DNA of 11,978 nt from Candidatus Rokuibacteriota bacterium (GTDB taxonomy: Bacteria > Methylomirabilota > Methylomirabilia > Rokubacteriales > CSP1-6): positions 1 through 11,978 of the forward strand of contig JACPCX010000039.1 of the NCBI GenBank assembly GCA_016184305.1. The letters are read 5' to 3'. The position numbers were made by a program, and so were the translations under genes. Shown here in pieces: positions 7,809 to 11,978 of the stretch (position 1 is its first letter; each line of letters begins with the position of its first letter). The notes beneath the pieces are model-generated. The model searched no databases, was not told the origin of the DNA, and was given only the letters and a program-made list of their open reading frames with translations.

Positions 7809-8996
7809 CTACTCGCCGACGAGCTCGTAACCTTCCACCTCCACGATGCGCACGTCGGCGAAACGGCCAGGCTGGAGCTCCCGGTCGCGGAGATAGACCA
7901 CACCGTCGATCTCGGGGGCCTGGCCTGCTGTCCGGCCCTCGAAGGGGAAGGCCCCATCCGCGCTGGGCCCATCCACGAGCACGGTGAGGTGGGTGCCGTA
8001 GAGCGCCTTCTGGCGCTGCCAGGCGAGCCGGTCCTGCGCCTCCTGGACGAGGGCGGCGCGCTCGGCCATGACCTCGGCCGGAACCTTATCGCCGAGGGCC
8101 ACCGCCGGGGTGCCCTCCTCCGACGAGTAGGTGAAGACGCCGAGACGGTCGAAGCCCGCGTCCTCGACGAAGGCCAGGAGGGTGTCGAAGGCCGCCTCGC
8201 TCTCGCCCGGGAAGCCGACGAGCACCGTGGTCCTGATGGTCAACCCGGGAATCGCCTCGCGGAACTGGGTCAGGATCTCCTTCATGCGCCGGGCCGTCAC
8301 CCCCCGCCGCATGGCGCGGAGGATGCCGTCATCCCCGTGCTGGACCGGCATGTCGAGATAGGGCAGCACGCGGGCGCGGGCCCACCTGGCGACGAGCCTG
8401 TCATTGACATGGGCCGGGTGGAGATACATGGGGCGGATCCAGGGCATGCGCGTGTCGGACAGCGCCAGGAGCAGGTCGCCGATGTCGCCGTTGCCGGGCA
8501 GATCGCGGCCGTAGGCGAGCGTGTCCTGGGAGACGAGGATGGCCTCCTGGATGCCACGCGCGGCGAGTTGCTCGACCTCGGCGACGACGTCGCCGAGCGG
8601 GCGGCTCCGGTGCCGGCCGCGGAACTGGGGGATGGCGCAGAAGGTGCAGCCCATGTCGCAGCCTTCCGCGATCTTCACGTAGGCGTAGGGCAACCCCCGG
8701 GTCAGGAGCCGCGGCGTCGTGGCGTCGTAGAGATAGCCGGGCGGCGCGCTCGACACCCAGTCCTGGCGCGAACCAGCCTGGCTCACCAGCTCCACAATCC
8801 GATGCAACTCGGAGGTGCCGAGGATCGCGCTCACCTCGGGGATCTCCGTGAGGAGCTCGCCCCCGTAGCGCTGGGGCAGGCAGCCCGTGACGATGCGCTC
8901 CGTGATCTCGTGGCCCGCGCGCGCGAGCATGCCGAGCATCAGCTCGGAGTCCACCTGGTTCTTCGGACAGCCCAGCGTCGTGAAATGGACTTTCAT
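7809..8996 (-). CDS. rimO: Ribosomal protein S12 methylthiotransferase RimO, 395 aa, with in-frame deletion in the N-terminal UPF0004 domain (possibly inactive)
   Basis: TLGCPKNQVDSE, GCLPQRY, YAYVKIAEGCDMGCTFCAIP (CxxxCxxC), SQDTLAYG, YLDMPVQH, VGFPGE, C-terminal TRAM (APEIDG). The usual ..VNTC.FI..A..ES.. segment is absent. Confidence 0.9.
   Translation of the reverse strand: MKVHFTTLGCPKNQVDSELMLGMLARAGHEITERIVTGCLPQRYGGELLTEIPEVSAILGTSELHRIVELVSQAGSRQDWVSSAPPGYLYDATTPRLLTRGLPYAYVKIAEGCDMGCTFCAIPQFRGRHRSRPLGDVVAEVEQLAARGIQEAILVSQDTLAYGRDLPGNGDIGDLLLALSDTRMPWIRPMYLHPAHVNDRLVARWARARVLPYLDMPVQHGDDGILRAMRRGVTARRMKEILTQFREAIPGLTIRTTVLVGFPGESEAAFDTLLAFVEDAGFDRLGVFTYSSEEGTPAVALGDKVPAEVMAERAALVQEAQDRLAWQRQKALYGTHLTVLVDGPSADGAFPFEGRTAGQAPEIDGVVYLRDRELQPGRFADVRIVEVEGYELVGE
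8917..8996. repeat. 80-bp direct repeat, copy 1 (rimO 5' end); copy 2 at 11133-11212
   Basis: 79/80 identical; the one mismatch (8967 vs 11183) is synonymous, TGT/TGC. Identity stops at the ATG. Confidence 0.98.
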
Positions 8997-9007
8997 CGCA
9001 GGGCTTG

Positions 9008-9037
9008 ATGATCCCACGGGCTCCGGGGGCCCGTCAA
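9008..9037 (-). promoter_or_regulatory. Putative promoter TTGACG-N18-GATCAT just upstream of rimO
   Basis: -35 at 9037-9032, -10-like at 9013-9008, 11 nt before the ATG, no SD. Inverted repeat ACGGGC-N7-GCCCGT at 9016-9034. Confidence 0.4.
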
Positions 9038-9098
9038 ACCCAGCCCGTCCGGTAGCGTTGGCGTGACGCACCGAACAACACGTCCACGCCCGAGCCGA

Positions 9099-9236
9099 TC
9101 AAAAGGCCAGGGTCCAGAGACCCTCGGCCCCGTTGTACACGAGTTGAAAGAACCTCAACACGTCGCGACCGATCAGGGCCGAGTAACCGAAACCTTCCAG
9201 CTGGTTCCCGGCGTATACCCCCTGCTGCACCTCCAA
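9099..9236 (-). pseudogene. C-terminal fragment of a retropepsin-like (clan AA) aspartic protease
   Basis: Manual translation LEVQQGVYAGNQLEGFGYSALIGRDVLRFFQLVYNGAEGLWTLAF* has the LIGRD.L...LVYNG tail of bacterial retropepsin-like proteins; no DTG motif. Confidence 0.75.
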
Positions 9237-9352
9237 ACGGGGACTTGCTCGATGGTCTCGTGTCCCACGATCTGCTTGATCAGGAACGCGTCGCGGCCAA
9301 AGCGCCGGACCCCTTCAACATAGGCATCCATCTGACTCGGGAATACTCCGAT
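9236..9352 (-). repeat. 117-bp second copy of the 3' half of the DUF5678-like gene (pairs with 10805-10921)
   Basis: 112/117 identical by manual alignment; encodes IGVFPSQMDAYVEGVRRFGRDAFLIKQIVGHETIEQVPV; the 5' half is missing. Confidence 0.97.
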
Positions 9353-9449
9353 TCCTGTGATACGCCCGCTTCAGGGCCGCCGCGGCGACCAGCCCCGCGC
9401 CGAGCAGGAGCGCGGTCAAGCCGCTTCGCATGAGGCGTGGAGGTCTTGC

Positions 9450-9686
9450 TCATGTCAAGGACATCACTTCTACTTGAAGGTGCTTGTCTTTGGCCCCGTC
9501 GACCAGAGTCTCAATTCGTCCGGCCACCTCGTCCGAGATCCAGTCCGCACCGCACTGCGAGCACACCGTGGCAGGAACGTTTCGGATCACCACAATACCG
9601 AAGCCCAGGTCGGCGGTGAAGGTCGTCGTGCCGGGCTTCTTTCCACCTCCGCAGAGCGGGCAGGCGTCGGCGTTCCTTTTCTTCAT
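9450..9686 (-). CDS. YgiT-type zinc-finger protein (MqsA N-terminal-like putative antitoxin), 78 aa
   Basis: CPLCGG...VIRNVPATVCSQCG (two CxxC); no HTH; GGAG RBS; ATGA overlap with the upstream gene. Confidence 0.88.
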   Translation of the reverse strand: MKKRNADACPLCGGGKKPGTTTFTADLGFGIVVIRNVPATVCSQCGADWISDEVAGRIETLVDGAKDKHLQVEVMSLT

Positions 9687-10009
9687 GGCCTTCTCCTTGT
9701 CTTGAAATCAGGCTCGAAGTGTTCCAGGTCTGGTTCGTACACGGTGATGATGAACGCCCGGTCACGTCCCGCATCAAGAGCCACGACTACGTGGATCGGT
9801 CGCGTCTTGGCCCAGCCTGAAAAGAGCGCGGATGGAAATGGCCGTTCCTCAGGGTACGCCTCAATCAGCTCGCCCGAGAGAAGGACCTCCAGCGCGTCGG
9901 ACCTTCGGATACCACGCTGTGCCATGCGTTCGAGGGCATGACGCTGCCACTCTACGCGCGACTCGCGGAGAGCGACACGTGTTCGACGTACATCGAACCC
10001 TTTCGCCAT
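9683..10009 (-). CDS. DUF4258 domain protein (putative RNase toxin), 108 aa
   Basis: HALERMAQRGI, GELIEAYPEERPFPSAL, RPIHVVVA, IITVYEPD..F..DFKTRR match the DUF4258 pattern; coupled to a YgiT-type Zn finger, a common pairing. Confidence 0.88.
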   Translation of the reverse strand: MAKGFDVRRTRVALRESRVEWQRHALERMAQRGIRRSDALEVLLSGELIEAYPEERPFPSALFSGWAKTRPIHVVVALDAGRDRAFIITVYEPDLEHFEPDFKTRRRP

Positions 10010-10033
10010 GCGAGGTCACGGTCCCATGATGTG

Positions 10034-10048
10034 CGCGTATTCTACGCG
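10034..10048 (-). promoter_or_regulatory. -10 element TAGAAT inside inverted repeat CGCGTA-N3-TACGCG upstream of the DUF4258 operon
   Basis: Perfect 6-bp arms at 10034-10039 and 10043-10048; TAGAAT on the minus strand at 10044-10039; no good -35. Confidence 0.45.
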
Positions 10049-10106
10049 GCGAGTGGCGCCGACGCTCAGGAAATCCGAATCCTCGGCGGGGTTGTGCCTG
10101 AAGCTC

Positions 10107-10285
10107 CCCTCCGAGGACGTGGCTCGGCGCATCCACCGAGTGCTCACGGTGTGCAAGCCAGAGCGCCTCTGCGTGAACCCCGGCTGCGGTTTCGGCAGGT
10201 CCCCCGCTGCATGGGCAACCAGAAAATCGGGACCCCGGCGGCCGGCGCCGTCCTCGCGCGCCGGGAGCTGACGGGACAGAAGTGA
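10107..10285 (+). pseudogene. Frameshifted 3' remnant of a cobalamin-independent methionine synthase II (MetE-like) gene
   Basis: PSEDVARRIHRVLTVCKPERLCVNPGCGFGRSP in one frame continues as RCMGNQKIGTPAAGAVLARRELTGQK* in another, after the C-run at 10201-10205. Resembles the family tail PE.VA.RI......ERL.VNPDCG...K...GA...R.EL. Confidence 0.7.
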
Positions 10286-10331
10286 CCCCGAGGGGCCCGC
10301 CGTTGACAGGTGCGGCCGCGGCGGGTAAGGG

Positions 10332-10595
10332 GTGAAGACGCTCCCTCTTGCCGAGACCAAGGAGACGCTCAGCCGGCTCGTGGATCGGGTGGCGGCGATG
10401 GACGAGGAGGTCCTCATCACCCGGAACGGCCGGCCCGCCGCTGTCCTGGTGAGCCCGGACGAGTACGAGGGCTGGAAGGAGACGCGCGCGATCCGGTCGG
10501 ATCGTGAGCTCATGACGGAGATCCGGCGCGGTCTCCGAGCGCTCAAGAAGAAGGGGAAGACCTACACGCTGGAGGAGCTGGTTCCCGGCGAGTAG
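10332..10595 (+). CDS. Phd/YefM-family type II antitoxin, 87 aa
   Basis: MKTLPLAETKETLSRLVDRV...EEVLITRNGRPAAVLVSPDEYE...ET; perfect TTGACA at 10303-10308 upstream. Confidence 0.93.
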   Translation: MKTLPLAETKETLSRLVDRVAAMDEEVLITRNGRPAAVLVSPDEYEGWKETRAIRSDRELMTEIRRGLRALKKKGKTYTLEELVPGE

Positions 10596-10601
10596 CGCTC
10601 C

Positions 10602-10760
10602 GTGGAGCCCCTCTGTCTTCTCCACGTCCCGGGCGCCCTCGAGGAGCTGATCCGGCGCCTCCATCCCGAAATCAGGCGCAAGGTTCGCGCGGCCCTGGAC
10701 GTGATCCGTGCGGACCCGGCCGCCGGGAAAGAGCTTCGCTCGGAGGAGTCTGCGGAGTGA
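10602..10760 (+). pseudogene. Truncated RelE/ParE-family toxin (52 aa)
   Basis: Manual translation MEPLCLLHVPGALEELIRRLHPEIRRKVRAALDVIRADPAAGKELRSEESAE*; starts 6 nt after the antitoxin stop. RelE-like up to GKELR; the R.RVG..RI.Y half is missing. Confidence 0.8.
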
Positions 10761-10785
10761 GCCAGAATCGACTAAATATGGGCAC
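10729..10785 (-). pseudogene. Probable N-terminal stub of the retropepsin-like partner gene (MPIFSRFWLTPQTPPSEAL)
   Basis: GTG 10785 overlaps the last codons of the DUF5678-like gene, where a coupled partner would start; it runs head-on into the broken relE. Only 19 codons, so the assignment is contextual. Confidence 0.45.
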
Positions 10786-11029
10786 GCGAGATCGCGGAAG
10801 CCAGAACGGGGACTTGCTCGACGGTCTCGTGTTCCACGATCTGCTTGATCAGGAACGCATCGCGGCCAAAGCGCCGGACCCCTTCAACATAGGCATCCAA
10901 CTGAGTCGGGAATACTCCGATCAGGCGACTGCCCTTGATGAGAGCGAATTGCCCAGTCTGACCACTGAGCAGCTTCGTCCTCATCTGGTCGAAGAAGGCC
11001 AGCTCTTCCTTCAGGGCTTCGATCGTCAT
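10772..11029 (-). CDS. DUF5678-like small protein, 85 aa
   Basis: MTIEALKEELAFFDQMRTKLL....GQFALIKGSRLIGVFPTQLDAYVEGVRRFGRDAFLIKQI; own GGGGGA RBS and promoter. Family recognised from memory. Confidence 0.75.
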   Translation of the reverse strand: MTIEALKEELAFFDQMRTKLLSGQTGQFALIKGSRLIGVFPTQLDAYVEGVRRFGRDAFLIKQIVEHETVEQVPVLASAISRAHI

Positions 11030-11049
11030 GCTTTCCCCCGAGTGGCTGA

Positions 11050-11079
11050 ATTGTCGCTCCAAAGGGCGCCGAGAGTCAA
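11050..11079 (-). promoter_or_regulatory. Sigma70-type promoter TTGACT-N18-GACAAT for the DUF5678-like gene
   Basis: -35 at 11079-11074, -10 at 11055-11050, 20 nt before ATG 11029; same -35 and spacing as the recA promoter. Confidence 0.6.
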
Positions 11080-11104
11080 ACCGTCGAGCTCGTCCCCGTT
11101 CTGG
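11080..11104. repeat. 25-bp inverted repeat arm, partner at 10801-10825
   Basis: CCAGAACGGGGACttGCTCGACGGT (+, 10801-10825) vs CCAGAACGGGGACgaGCTCGACGGT (-, 11104-11080): 23/25 identical. Confidence 0.9.
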
Positions 11105-11128
11105 ACCGGCATGCCGAGAGAGGGAACG

Positions 11129-11212
11129 ACCTGCGCGCGCGAGCATGCCGAGCATCAGCTCGGAGTCCACCTGGTTCTTCGGGCAGCCCAGCGTCGTGAA
11201 ATGGACTTTCAT
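11129..11212 (-). pseudogene. rimO: rimO 5' stub (28 codons; contains direct repeat copy 2, 11133-11212)
   Basis: MKVHFTTLGCPKNQVDSELMLGMLARAG, identical in protein to the rimO start; begins 15 nt after the TPR gene stop. Confidence 0.92.
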
Positions 11213-11227
11213 GGCGAGACGCGCTGG

Positions 11228-11978
11228 CTACTTGAGCTGATCGAGCGCCTTTCGGGCCTCGGCCGCCGCGGGGAAGGACGGGGACTTGAGCGCCTGCTCC
11301 AGCTCCCGGCGGGCCTCGGCCTTCTTCCCGCGCTTGGCGTAGACGGCGCCCAGGTGGTACCGGATCTCGGGGTTCCCTGGCAGGGCGCTGGCCGCCTGGG
11401 CGATGAGCTGCTCGGCGCGGTCCAGTGTCCCTTTCTGGTAGAGGATCCAGCCCAGGGTGTCGGCGATCATCGCGCTGCGCGGCGCCGTCTGGTAGGCGCG
11501 CTCGGCCAGGCCCAGCGCCTCGTCACGCGTCTTCGGGTCCTTCCCCAGCGCGTCGGCAAGGTTGTTCAGCGCGAGCGCGTTGCGGTCGTCGCGCAGGAGC
11601 GCCGCCCGGTAGGCGGCAACGGCCGCAGCCTTGTCGCCCTCGCGGTCCTTGAGCAGAGCCAGGTGGACCAGAGGCAGCGCCTCCTGCGGGTGGCTGTCGG
11701 CGGCCTCCCGGAGCAGCTTGGCGGCCGCCTGGGGGCGCTTCTCGCGGTCGTGAAGCGCCGCCAGGGAGAGCGCCGCGCCCAGGTGGTTCGCCTGCTTCTC
11801 CATGGCCTTCTGGTAGCTCCTGGCGGCGTCCTGGGAGCGCCCTGCGCGCTCCTGGATGCCGCCCAGGAAGACGTAGGCATCAGGCGCCTCCTTCTGCGCC
11901 TTGACGATGCGCTCGGCGACCTTCACCGCCTCGTCGCCTTGCTTGAGGAGCAGCCGCGTCTCGGCCTGGGCGGCCAGG
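11228..11978 (-). CDS. Tetratricopeptide-repeat protein, C-terminal part (resembles the PrsT-type TPR tail); runs off right edge
   Basis: Frame open to the window edge; TPR units such as ALALNNLA, IADTLGWILYQKG, PEIRYHLGAVY, F...AEARKALDQL. Confidence 0.88.
   Translation of the reverse strand, partial: LAAQAETRLLLKQGDEAVKVAERIVKAQKEAPDAYVFLGGIQERAGRSQDAARSYQKAMEKQANHLGAALSLAALHDREKRPQAAAKLLREAADSHPQEALPLVHLALLKDREGDKAAAVAAYRAALLRDDRNALALNNLADALGKDPKTRDEALGLAERAYQTAPRSAMIADTLGWILYQKGTLDRAEQLIAQAASALPGNPEIRYHLGAVYAKRGKKAEARRELEQALKSPSFPAAAEARKALDQLK

Larger units (their letters stand above)
8997..11132. mobile_element. 2.1-kb toxin-antitoxin islet bounded by the duplicated rimO 5' end; no integrase or transposase
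   Basis: Flanking direct repeats, visibly more A/T in several parts than the flanks, content limited to small TA-type genes and gene fragments. Confidence 0.7.

Noticed and set aside
7776..7811. RimO-PgpA fusion by TAG read-through (same frame)
   Set aside because: A shared frame has a 1-in-3 chance, RimO ends at its normal C-terminus, and a CTG start is simpler.
7794..9008. 404-aa plus-strand ORF and other overlapping ORFs across 5433-9008
   Set aside because: Antisense or off-frame shadows of thpR, cinA, pgpA and rimO.
8997..9071. 25-aa N-terminal extension of RimO
   Set aside because: Non-homologous; the duplicated stub and family alignment both start at MKVHF.
10303..10331. Complete promoter TTGACA-N17-TAAGGG for phd
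   Set aside because: The -35 is perfect, but the -10 lacks the conserved final T and abuts the GTG, leaving no room for a start site; not called as a feature.
9861..10664. 267-aa and 176-aa minus-strand ORFs
   Set aside because: They cross several unrelated modules and are antisense to phd and the metE remnant.
8997..11132. Integron cassette array, IS element or CRISPR array as explanation for the islet
   Set aside because: No recurring attC-like hairpins, no transposase or terminal repeats with short target duplication, no regularly spaced repeats; genes lie in both orientations.

Overview
High-GC bacterial window; the protein style suggests Ca. Rokubacteria/Methylomirabilota or a similar lineage (inference only). 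The left 9 kb is a minus-strand housekeeping run: rimO-pgpA-cinA-thpR-recA-pilT-recX-alaS (alaS partial). recA carries a 360-aa LAGLIDADG intein at the RecA-b site, the site known from Mycobacterium leprae. Between a partial TPR gene (right edge) and rimO lies a 2.1-kb islet with no integrase (8997-11132), flanked by an 80-bp direct repeat of the first ~27 rimO codons. The islet holds intact and broken toxin-antitoxin-type modules: DUF4258 plus a YgiT-type Zn finger; Phd/YefM plus a truncated RelE; and a DUF5678-like gene whose retropepsin-like partner is split in two. It also holds a second partial DUF5678 copy and fragments that look like donor-locus flanks (a frameshifted MetE-like 3' end, a signal-peptide-like start). 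The long rimO copy has an in-frame deletion removing the NTC cluster-ligand segment, CinA has a degenerate N-terminal domain, and pgpA lacks a canonical start codon. Family assignments come from motif recognition, not database searches.
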